From positions 5,375,929 through 5,439,928 of the forward strand of contig OZ037769.1 of NCBI GenBank assembly GCA_964035545.1: DNA of 64,000 nucleotides, in the 5' to 3' direction. This DNA comes from Bugula neritina. Lineage: Eukaryota > Animalia > Bryozoa. The translations under genes and the position numbers were made by a program. This document shows, one piece after another, positions 1-12,100 of the stretch (position 1 is its first letter; each line of letters begins with the position of its first letter). The notes under the pieces were generated by a model, which worked only from the letters and a program-made list of their open reading frames with translations, was not told the DNA's origin and searched no databases.

Positions 1-176
1 AAAAATAGTATGCCTGCTATTGTTTTCAAATTGCAAAGTGAAAGTTACTTATGACATGCTTTAACTTATTTAGCACATTTACCAGCATTTCAACATAAAA
101 TTTGAAAATTCACAGAGGTGTTATAGATATTACACGTTATTGAACAATTAAATATTAAATTTGGCAATTTGCATAC

Positions 177-3100
177 CTTGTCTTTGTCTTGTCTTTATTA
201 TAAGAACAATCACCACAACCAGCAGACCAGCTGTAAGTGTAGCTGAACCAACTGAAAGTATCATAACTGTTTCCATGTTGTTTGCAGGGTTCGCTAAAGT
301 GGGCCGTGGTTTTTCGGTAGTCTCAGTCGACAAGTTGCAAAAATTGTATTTATTTTTGGATACAGTTCTTTCACATTTTGAGCTGCAGTTAATGCTGTGA
401 AGCTCGCAGTCATAGTCTTCAAACAGTTTCCCTCTATAAAAAACTGGATTGTCTTTTTTACGAGGGGAATAAATTTTATCTAGTTCAGTTACAGAATAGA
501 CATGGGAATATTTGTATGCGCAATTGGTTTGTGATGAACAGGTGCCGTCTATTTGCTGCGAAAAGACATCAAATCCGGAATTTCCATCAAAGTTGTCATT
601 AAAAGAGTTGGTGTCACTGCGACCTGCCTTATCATTTTTAGGTATTTTAGCATTTCGTATGAAATCTCTTAATATCTTCACATTGGTTTTACTACGTTTC
701 AGCACAGCCTGGCAATTTTGAAGTTCACTTTCCTTACATTTGCTTCTTGCGTACTCTTTAAATCCATATCCGAAGGTGTAAATAGCTTTAATTGTATATA
801 CGGTGTAGAGCTCTATATCAATATCTTCACTCGCAGTGGTTATATAAGGTGTGTTATTTGAACAAGCTTTCAGTTCCTCGCCTAAAACTGGGAAGTTGAA
901 AGATCCTCTTATTTTACAGTTGTTCTTTTTTTCATACATCTGTAAAAACCACTGATTTTGTCCCGTCAAATTAGGACGAAGCCCTGACAGATGTTCCTGA
1001 AAACATTCCGTCTACAAAGCATACAAAAACACTAGCGTGTCAGTAGATTCAAAGGTAACTGAAATTTGCTTGCTTACATCTTTACTAGCGTAAACTAACT
1101 TGATATTGACGATATTTTTGTACTTGATTTCACTACGGCCAAGCAATACATTTAGTGAACAAAATTTGTCCTATTAATACACAGGCAGCATCTTTGAATA
1201 ACATGTTTTCCTGATCAGCAATGGTTTATATTACTGCAAACTATCATTTCTCTGTTAATCAAATAACCACCACTTCCCCATTCCTAAATGTTTGAATTAA
1301 CAATTTTTTTACTGAAAACAAAACCTAAAGGTAAAAATAAAAATTGCAAATAAATTACATAGATATTTCAATGATTGAACTGTTCAAGCCGCAAATTGTC
1401 ACAACGACCTCTTCTGTGATTGGAGAGGGGTGTAAGACTTTGGTAGAGTAACTAAGTTATACCTCAAAGGAAGGGTTTATTTTCAATGTTATGGAACCTC
1501 TCAAGAGATGGCCATATTTTTCAATTAATGGTTTTTTCTTTTCCCAAATTTTGCCAATTACAAGTATACTGCCACTGTTTTTCCACCATGTCCTTTCTTC
1601 AAGATTCAATGCATCCAACCAATCTGTGATTGGCTAAAAATTTCATTAAATATATTATAAATAAGCATAGGAAATGCAATGCAACAATAGTAATACTATA
1701 GTAATATATTATACTATAGTATACTACTATATTAAAGCAATAACATAACATTACATTACTGCTTTAAACTGCTTTACTCAAAATATACATTGTATCACAC
1801 TGCATTACATTACATAATTATCTTTATCATGATGGAGAGCTTTCAATCCAGATGCATAAATGTTGAAAAACTGCTGCTTTTTACAAATTTAAGTAAAAAG
1901 TCTTATTGAACGAAGCTGAAGTTTTACACGCACAGTTGAGTTGTGAATTTTACTTTTTTTTATTTTAACAATAAAATTTAGATAATATTTTAATAGAATT
2001 TCACAGAAACTTATATCTTTATAAATTTCAGTGAGATTTGCTATCAGCTATCAGATTATAGTATAGTAGTATACTATGTTACATGTAGTTTCATGTTAGC
2101 ATACATTATATTACACTGCATTATATCATATTATGTTATATTATATTATATATTATACTATATTACTTTATATTATGTCATATTATCTTATTTTATATGC
2201 TATTGAATTATATCAATATAGTTTTATTAAAGGGTATATTGACCTACACAGGTAGCAATTCTGAAATAGTTTTTCTGTTTAGATAGAGCTTCACGAAAAA
2301 AAATATATTTGCAATAACATTTCAATTAGCTTTTCAGCTTTTTAATCACTATACTTTATTAAGAGGGCATTAAAAAATTAAGTGATGGAATTATTTTTAG
2401 GAAACCTAAACATTATATTATATTATATTATATTGTAATTATACTATATTATATTACTTTATATTATGTCATGTTATATGGTATTATCTTATTATATTAC
2501 ATTACATTAAATTATATTATATCACATAATATGTTATGTTATATTGTATTATATTACATTACATCATGTTATATTATATTATATTACTGCTTTATTGCAG
2601 CAAAGCGTTCAATTTTAGTTTCTAGTTGTCAATATTTGAAATTATCTAAATCAAATATTCACATTCTTCTTGAGACTAGTGACAGTAAAGTTACAGACCG
2701 ACTACTCTGTTCATACACAATAGACAAACCGCTGACCTTTTCCTCGCCAGCATATACAATCACGAAAGAAGTGCTGCTGCCGTATTTTTCTGACAAGGCT
2801 TTTGAGATATTGTTGTAGGTGGAGGGTGACTCTGTCTGAGAATAGTCTAGCGTGAAGGTTTCCAGAATACAGTAGCCACCATTGGTCAGCCTTGGTCTCA
2901 AATCCTATAATGACAGTATGTTATATTATGTTCAGTAAATGTAGAGAGAAGCCGTGGTCTAGGGGTTCGAGCTTAGGCTTAGTAAATGGTTCTATTCCAA
3001 GTAAATGTCATTGGTAATGTTAGAAAGAACATCCAGTCATAATTGCTCCTTTGCCTCATATGAATAATTTCTTAGCCAGCTTAAAATATTCTTTCCATCA

Positions 3101-6100
3101 GGGGTTCTCACAGGGATGGTGACCATATAAACTTACTATTACTATTATATATAATTTAGATATGCAATGTATAGTAATACTGTATATAATATCAAAGCAT
3201 CTAAATGTCACAGTAACCTGTGCTGATGTAGATCCATAGAGTGAGTTGGTATGCATGAGCACAACCGAGTTTATTTTTGCTCTCTCGTCTTTATTCAGCT
3301 TGTCCAACACATTGACGACATTTTGATTCTCTCTGGTCACGGATGGATGAACTCGGAGTATGTTGGGATATTTCTTTTTATCGTCTAGAACTGGAGTGGA
3401 GCCGCTGTATGACACCTGAATCAGGTCAGCGGGTATGGCAAATCTCTGCTCCTAAAATAGTTTTATACAGAAAACTGTTTAGAAACTTGCTGCTTTTTTC
3501 AACAGAGGTATAAAACCAACTTATTTTTTGTTTTGAAATTTCTTTTTTACTGAGATTTCAACACTTAATTAGCACTTTTCTATAACTGTCGTATTTATTT
3601 ATATTTTACTAAATAACTTTTACTTTGTTGAAAATTGCTTGTAAAAACTATACGCATTGAAATAGTTTTACACAAAAAACTATAAGGTCCCAAAGCACTT
3701 TTCTCTGCAGTAGACTTCATTTAACTTCTGCATCTATTTATTGTATATACTACAGCGTGTATTTTTTTGTTAAAAATTGTTTGTACAAGTACATTTTTAT
3801 GCTTTTAGTTTTACATCCATCATGTATCAGTCAGTTAAGCCGCAGAAAACAAAGTTATAGGCGCCTAAAATTTCGAAAGAATTCGTAGTTATTGCTAATG
3901 CCCTTTATATGACCTAAGAATATAAACCAGAAATCTAAAGCAAGATGTAAATCTACTCACTGCAAGAGTTATGTGGCTTGAAAAATCTCCAATTATGCCT
4001 ACAATTCTTTCTCTGTTTAGGCAGAGAGTTTCATCGTTTCTTTCACAATATTTGGTGGTGCCATAAAGGGCATCAGCTAACAGCTTTTGAGTGATGGCCG
4101 TGCTTAGGCAGGTGTCAAATATGAGCATGCCAAACTTCATGTGCAGCAACTTCTCCAGTCTTTTACTAGCAAATATGGCCGCTTCAGCTCGCAGGGACGC
4201 CTCCTCATCAAAGTAATCGCATGTCGTGAAATTAAAACTAAAAATCAAAGCAACGATACTATCAAGCAAGTTCCTTTGTTTAAATTATAGCTTAAGACTG
4301 TAAGTTTATTATGCAATTAGGAAGGGTGTCCACATTAACTGCCCAACTATTACACCAGTTAGAAATCAAGCAGGTTTTTAATCAGAACTCTAACTTATAA
4401 TAAAAAAGATTATGAATCATGGCATTGTTAAAGTTCAACCAAGTGCTGCTAATAGCAGAGCGTAAGAGTAGTAGAGGGTGGATGGTCCTAGGACAACCCT
4501 TCCCCCGTCGAGTCTTCGACTCTCCGGTGTCAGGGATTGTCCTAGGACGCATCCACCCTCTACTACTCTATTAATGTTTTTATTAATTTTTTAGTATTAA
4601 TTTTAAAAAATGTATTTTCTTTTTAGTATTTTATTTTTTATTATTAGTAATAGAAATAAATTATTATACGTTGAGAATATAATAATTTATTACCAATAGC
4701 GTTTAAACGTTATAACTTGAAAATATTGGTAAAGATTCAGTAGATTCGGTTATACCTCCATCATTCGTTGATATAACTAATTTATTACCAACTGCTCCTT
4801 GTAATTTAGGAATAGCGTAATTATTTATATTATTTATTGTAATAAGATCTGAAATATTTATATTCGTTTCTACGATATTACCATCGCTCGAAAGCATTAA
4901 TAATTTACCTCCGATTATTGGTTGTATTTTATTCATAGCGAAATTATTTATATTACTAGTCGTAATAATATCGCTAACGCTTAAACTACTATCCGCAACA
5001 TTACCCGAAGTAGTTGAAACGGTTAATTTTTCATTCGCTGGTTGTATTTTATTTATAGCGAAATTATTTATATTACTAGTCGTAACGACATCGCTAACGC
5101 TTAAATTACTATCTACAATATTACCCGTATTAGTTGATACGGTTAATTTTTCACTCGGGTCTCGTATAAGGGGTACGGCGTAATTAGATATATTAGTTTT
5201 CGTAACGACATCGTCAACTTTTAAATCGCTATCTATAACGCGTCCATCGTCGGTTGATATAGTTAACTGATTAATAGGATGTAATATTTTAGGCATACTC
5301 GTATCGTCAACGTATTTTTTTGTAGCCACGTCTTGATCGTCAGCCGGATTAATAACTCTAGATATTTTATTTTCACCCATATCTAACGTACCCGTAAGAG
5401 TACTACTACCGTTTATTAAAACGAATTTTTTTGTATTTATTGAAGAAATTCTACCGCTTCCTCCGAATTTATAAACACTCATTTATAATCGTAGTAAAGT
5501 TTTAACGACGCTAATTCGAATGGTAAAGTAATAGGCGCGCCGTCATTAACTATAATATCGTTAGGTTTACGACTAGTATAATCGCTCGAACACTCCAATA
5601 CTAATCCAATATTTTTATCGGCTTCGATATATTCCAGCATAGGTATTTTTATACTCGCGACGCCTCCTCGAATTATATATTCCTTACTTTCGTGTCTAAT
5701 AGGACCGTTAATATTTCCAATAACTAAAGTTAATTTCTTATCCTTCCAATACAAAGAATTATTATCATTAATCGGTAAATGTTGCAACTCTAATAAAGCG
5801 TACGCTAGTTCAATAGGTTTATCCACTATATACCCCAATAACATCGCTATATTAATAGTTGTATTAGTAGACTGAATAAGAAATTCATTATTCTTAGTTA
5901 CAACTCTTTCGATAAAATTATCTTTTTTTAACGATTTTCCGAATTTATAAACACTCATTTATTACGGTATATAAAATTCGTCTAACCCGTGTCTATACCT
6001 CCCATTATTTTTTGAGGAAGAAAGATCTAAAGTAATAAAGCCGTGAGGTTTTTGCCATCCCTTATAACAAAAGTTTTTAAATTCGTTTAACGTTAAATCT

Positions 6101-9100
6101 CCGTTTACGTGATCTTGATATATATGATTTAAATTTTTTCCGTCTTGAGGAAATAAGCAAATAAAATTAGCGTTTTCTCGAATAGTATTTCTAGGCAGCT
6201 TAAAATAATTTTGCGACAAATAAAAACAATCGACGTTATTATGTCGTCCTCTTACGTAATAACTTTCGCAAGTTTTTTGTTTTTCCAACATTAAATCATC
6301 GAATATTATTAAATTTTTATTATTAACGTCTAATTCGCTAGGATCATAAATGTCGTCACTAGATTCGATAAATTCGGCGTCTATATTACCGTTACCTCTA
6401 CTATTTTTTAAAACACGATTTACGTTTATACCCGAATTTATTATCGCGTCACTATTTTTAAAAAAATTTAAAATTTCTTCTTTAGTTAATTTACGTTCGA
6501 AAGCCTTCCTCATATTTATATATTCGGGTTGAGAAAGGCTTTTACCGTAAATCATAAGTTTATCGTAATCGAGCCAATTAGGTTGTAATAGCAAGTTACA
6601 AAGTAACGTAGTTTTACCGCATCCAGATTTTCCAACGATAAGACCTCTTATGCTTTTAGGAAGTAAAGGATTATTATTACGATTAATTTCGTTTTTCCAC
6701 GAAAGATTTTCTATTTCCATTTATTATAATAAATGTATTGTTGTAAGTGTAAAATTAAAACGAAAACTCTTAATTACAAAAAGAGAGTAAGTAAAAATAA
6801 TAGACTAATGGGTTACGGTAATTGCGGTCAATGCGGATGTAAAAAGACTACATTCGTTGGGTTGGGTTTAACTAATAATTTAATAAATAATTTACCCTTT
6901 GAATTGCATTATCCAGGCCATAATTTTTTAGGACCTGGTACTAAATTAAATAAGTGTTTAAATGACGACATGACTCCTAAAGAATGGAGTAAACCGGTAG
7001 ATCGAGACGACGCTATAGCCATGAGACACGACGTATGTTACGCGCTTAATAAAGATACTAAGACTAGAAACGAAATATGTGATAAAAATATGCTAGACGA
7101 ACTGAAAGCTATACCTAATCCTACGCCCGCTGAACAGCGACACAGTCGTTTCGCTTCGGCAATAATAGGAGCGAAAAAGCGTTTAGGATGGGGATGGACG
7201 AACGAGTTAGCCGAAGAACTGCATAAACCCGTACAAAAAAAATTTCGTAAAAGACGAGTTTGGGTATCGGGTATCGATAATATTTGGGCGGCTGACTTGG
7301 TTGATATGACTGAATTCGCTAAATTTAATAACGGTTATAAATATTTACTAACGGTAATAGACGTGTTTTCAAAATACGGTTGGATAATACCTTTAAAAAA
7401 TAAGACTGGAAAAGCGACGGCTTTAGCTTTAAAAACAATTTTAACTCGTCGTAAGCCTCAACATTTATGGGTTGACAAGGGAAAAGAGTTTTATAACAAA
7501 GACGTAAAGTCTTTAATAGACTTATATTCTACGGAAAATGAAGAAAAGTCTAGCGTAGTAGAGAGGTGGAATAGAACAATGAAAGAGCGAATGTTTAAAT
7601 ATTTTTCGGCTAATAATACTTATAAATATATAGACGTATTAAAAGATTTAGTAAAACGGTATAACGAGACTAAACATTCGTCTATTGGAATGACACCGAT
7701 TGAAGCTAGTAATCCTTCTAACGAAAATAAAGTACGCGTGAAATTATATCCAAACTTACCAGCGCCTTCTAAACCTAAATTCGCTATAGGTGATAGAGTG
7801 CGTATACCGCGTAAGAAACGAACGTTTGAAAAAGGTTATACTGTTAGATGGACGGAGGAGGTGTTTACTATAAGTAAAATATTATATACGAATCCGACTA
7901 CTTATAAATTAACTGACTCGGGAGGAGAAGAAATTCAAGGATCTTTTTACGAACAGGAATTACAAAAGACGAGTCAAGAAATGTATAGAATAGAGCGCGT
8001 AATTAAAAAGAAAGGTAAAAAGGCTTTAGTAAAATGGTTGGGTTATCCCGATTCTCAAAACTCGTGGGTAGATTTAAACGTTTTAGAACGATTATAGTGA
8101 ACACAAACACATTTGTGTCCATAAAAAGTGAACACAAACACATTTGTGTCCATAAAAAGTGGACACAAATTAAACGTAAAGTGGACACAAATGTGAACAC
8201 TAGACACAAAAGTGGACACAAATGTGGACACTAGACATAAAAGTGGACACAAATTAAACGTAAAGTAGACACAAATGTGTTTGTGTCCATAAAAAGTGGA
8301 CACAAATGTGGACACAAATTAATATATAATAAATGAGTTACTTAAAGATTCACGACCCTATAAAAAGAGATAAAACCGTACAAGATTTTATTTCTCGAAA
8401 GAATAAATTAAAAGAAAATTTTAAACGAGAACGCGAGCGAGAATTAAATGCTGCGATGGCTCAAGAAAAATATTTTGAACCCGTAACGACTTCGCAAGCT
8501 CAAACGACTGACGCGTTAAAACAATTGCTTATATTACCCAATTATAATATTCAACCGGCTATAACGGATGGAGTTATAAATTTAGACGAATATACGCAAA
8601 ACGCTTTAGCTGGCTTAGAACCCGGTGCTTATAACGTAAAGTGGGATGGTAATAAACACGTTATTGGTACAAAACCTATAAGTTTTAACGATGGTAAAAT
8701 AATTTTTGAAAACGAAGAATATTTGGCGACTAGAGGACTTTTAAGTCTTTTAACGCGTAAAACGCCTATAGGATACGATGATAATGATTTAGCGAATTAC
8801 GCTAATATACTCGATAATAGCGGCGCTATATATCAAAGTAAACACGGTCCCATAGATAAAAATAGTGAAAAATGGAAAAATATTGTTAGACCTATTTGGG
8901 AACAATTATATCCACAGAGAGCGAAACTCGCCGATAGTAAAAAAGCTAAAAGGCAAGTCGGTGATGGAGTAGTATATTTATCGTCTGATCCTAACGCTTT
9001 AGTAGAACGACTCGAACTTTTAATTTCTAGCGCTAAAGCCGGAAATACGGGAGTACGAAACGAAATTGTGTCTATATTAGACGAATTACTTAGAATGAAA

Positions 9101-12100
9101 ATTATTACTCGTGACTATTATAAAAGTATTCTCGTATAATAAATGTACGTTTACGATAAAAAACAACGATTACAAAAACACTACGCCGGCGGTGGAATAT
9201 TTGATACCATTAGGAATGTAGTAACTAAAATAGCTAGTAATTCTAGCGTAAGAGAATTAGGTAAAAAGGCTATAGCTAAAGCGGGTACCGCGGCCGGTGA
9301 AAAAATTGTTAACGCGATTAAAAAAAGAAGGCAAAAAAAGTTAAACGCTAAAAGTCAAGCTATATTACAAAAACTTAGTTTAGCTAAAGATGTATTAAAT
9401 AATAGTAATATAAGTAATATTTTAAAAGGAAGCGGACAAGCTATAGCTTATTAAGAAATTATTTTACTATAATAAATGGATTCTCTGAACATTACACAAA
9501 AAATTGTACTCGATACGAGCGTAGAGCGCGATCAGGTGCACGAATACGAACCCGTAACGGGAACAAATTTAGATAACCCGGGTGAAATTAGAATAGTTAT
9601 TAATCAACAAGATTTGTACGTTCAGCCGAGTAAAAGTTATTTAATTATCGAGGGGCGTTTAACTAAAGCCGACGGAACCGCTTACGCCGACGCCGACTTA
9701 GTAACGTTAACGAATAACGGTATGGCTTATTTGTTTAAAAGTATTAGATATCAACTCGACGGACACGACTTGGAATATATAAATAATCCCGGACATGCTT
9801 CGACCATGATGGGTTTGCTAACTTATCCCGACGACTACGGTAAGTCGAGAGGTCTTAATCAGTTGTGGTCAAAAGACACTACCGCAGCCGCTGCCGCCGC
9901 TAATTTAGGTTTTAACGCGCGTCAAATTTATATTATACAAAAGCCAGATCCTAAAGGTACTTTTAGTATTAAAGTGGATCTCAGACATTTGTTCGGATTC
10001 GCCGATGATTACGAAAAAGTATTATACGGTATAAAACATCAACTAACGCTAGTACGTGATACCAACGATAACGCTATTTATAGAGCTAACGGTGTAGACG
10101 CGGGAAAAATAACGTTGGATAAAGTATCGTGGTGGATGCCTCACGTAACGCCTAGTTTTGAAATGAAGCATAAACTCTATAAAATTATAGAGAGTAAGGC
10201 GCAACTACCCCTAATTTATAGATCTAGATGGTGTGATAGTATCGCGGTGCCGCAAACTACTAACTTTACGTGGCGTTTGGGTTCTAGAGGAGATACCGAA
10301 AAACCTAAATATATTATTATAGGTTTTCAAACGGGTAAGAATGAAAGTCAAACGACCAATCCGGCCATATTCGATCACGTTAACGTTAAAAGTATATACG
10401 CGATGTTAAATAGCGAGCGGTATCCCGAAGTTGATTACGATATAAATTTTGCTAAAATGAAGTTTAGTAGAGTGTACGGAGACGCTTCGAAATTTTGTGG
10501 AGAATATTACGGTATAAACGAGCTAATCGCTTATTCAAACGTATTACCTTCGGAATATAAAGATCTTTACGCTTTGTTCGTAATAGACGTTAGTAAGCAA
10601 AGCGAGGCTCTTAAAAGTAGCGTAGCCGATATTCAATTGAGAGTTCAGTTTAGTCAAAACGTGCCGGCTAATACTCAAGCTTACGCGCTAATTCTATCGG
10701 ATAAAACTATGTCTCTTAGTTCCGATGGAAATAATTTAAAAGTTATATAAATGGAAAACAAATTATTAAGAGAAATTGCCGATAATACGGCCTCTAAACA
10801 AACGATGACTATAGGAGTTACCGATACTAAAACGAGAATAATTACTCAACTTAATCCGCCTATAGAATTAAATAAAAATAAAAAATACGAAATGTGTCTT
10901 ATTAGTTTAGATACGTTTTATTCTTTTCCAAACATTAGTACCAATAGAAATTCCTATAGATGGTCTAAAGACGGTGGTACTACGTGGCATTTAGTTTTAT
11001 TACCAGTCGGAGTGTACGAATTAGATCAACTAGAAGAAGCTATTCAAGACGAAATAGTAAAAGAGGGGGGTAATAGAAACGGTATTACTTTGCAAGCTAA
11101 TAAAGTAACTTTTAGAATTATACTTAAATTAAAACCAAATTATCAAATAGATTTTAACGTTGAAAATTCTCTAAGAGACGTTTTAGGTTTTGACGCGGCG
11201 ATATATAATCAACCTTATATTGAAGCTACGAACATAGTAAATATTTTAAATATAAACGCTATACACGTACAAGTTGATTGTATTAACGGAAGTTATATCG
11301 ATGGTACTTATAAACCCGTTATCTATTCATTTTTTCCGAGCGTTAGTCCGGGATATAAAATAATAGAAAAACCTCATAATTTAATATACCTACCCGTTCA
11401 CGTTAAATATATTAAGACGTTAACCGTTACGGTAACCGATCAAAAAGGTAATTTATTAGATCTTAGCGGTGAACAACTTTCGATAAGATTTCATTTAAGA
11501 GAAGTTTAATGTATTATATAAATGGGTTATTGCGAAATTATAGGAAACGTGCCGCAGGCGCAAAAACAAAAAATAATGAACGCTTATAGAAGCGGTAAGG
11601 GTTGCGTTATTAAATTACCTCTCGAAAGCGGAAATGATAAACTAGTCGTTACGAAAACGCAAAACGATAATATTTTAAAAGCGTTAAACGCGAATAAAAA
11701 AAATATAACGCTCGAAATGTCTCCGTCGTTAGTAAAAACTAACGCGTCAATGAGCGGAGGATTTTTAGGAGCTCTATTGGGTATAGCTACGAAAGTAATA
11801 CCTACGCTATTAAAAACTATTATACCCGGCGTACTTTCAGGAGCCGCTAGCGCGGGAGTCGAAAGAGCTATTAAAGGTAAAGGTCTTTATTTGAAAAAAG
11901 GCGGATGCGTATGTTCCGTAGAACCTAATTCGAACGGTTCTATTACTTTAAAACCAGTCGCGTCGTCTAATTTAATGAAGGGTAACGGTTTATATTTAAA
12001 ACAAGGTTCTAGCTATATAAAAGGCGAAGGTTTAATTTTAGGTCCGAATAGTCCGTTTAAAAACATTCCTCTTTTAGGTATGCTGTTATAGTTTAAGAAA

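Larger units (their letters stand above)
4467..4904. repeat. Left terminal inverted repeat (438 bp)
   Basis: Reverse complement of 18585-19022 with no indels (paired coordinates sum to 23489). Five mismatches seen, all in the inner ~115 bp. Confidence 0.93.

Noticed and set aside
2471-2818. 115-aa + strand ORF
   Set aside because: Made of (ATATT)n sequence plus the antisense of a real exon.
8003-8315. ORFs 8003-8221, 8034-8234 and 8055-8315
   Set aside because: By-products of the stop-poor repeat array; they overlap the integrase end and lack TAAATG starts.
8098-8320. CRISPR-like array
   Set aside because: No unique spacers of constant length, mixed orientations, eukaryotic viral context and no cas genes.
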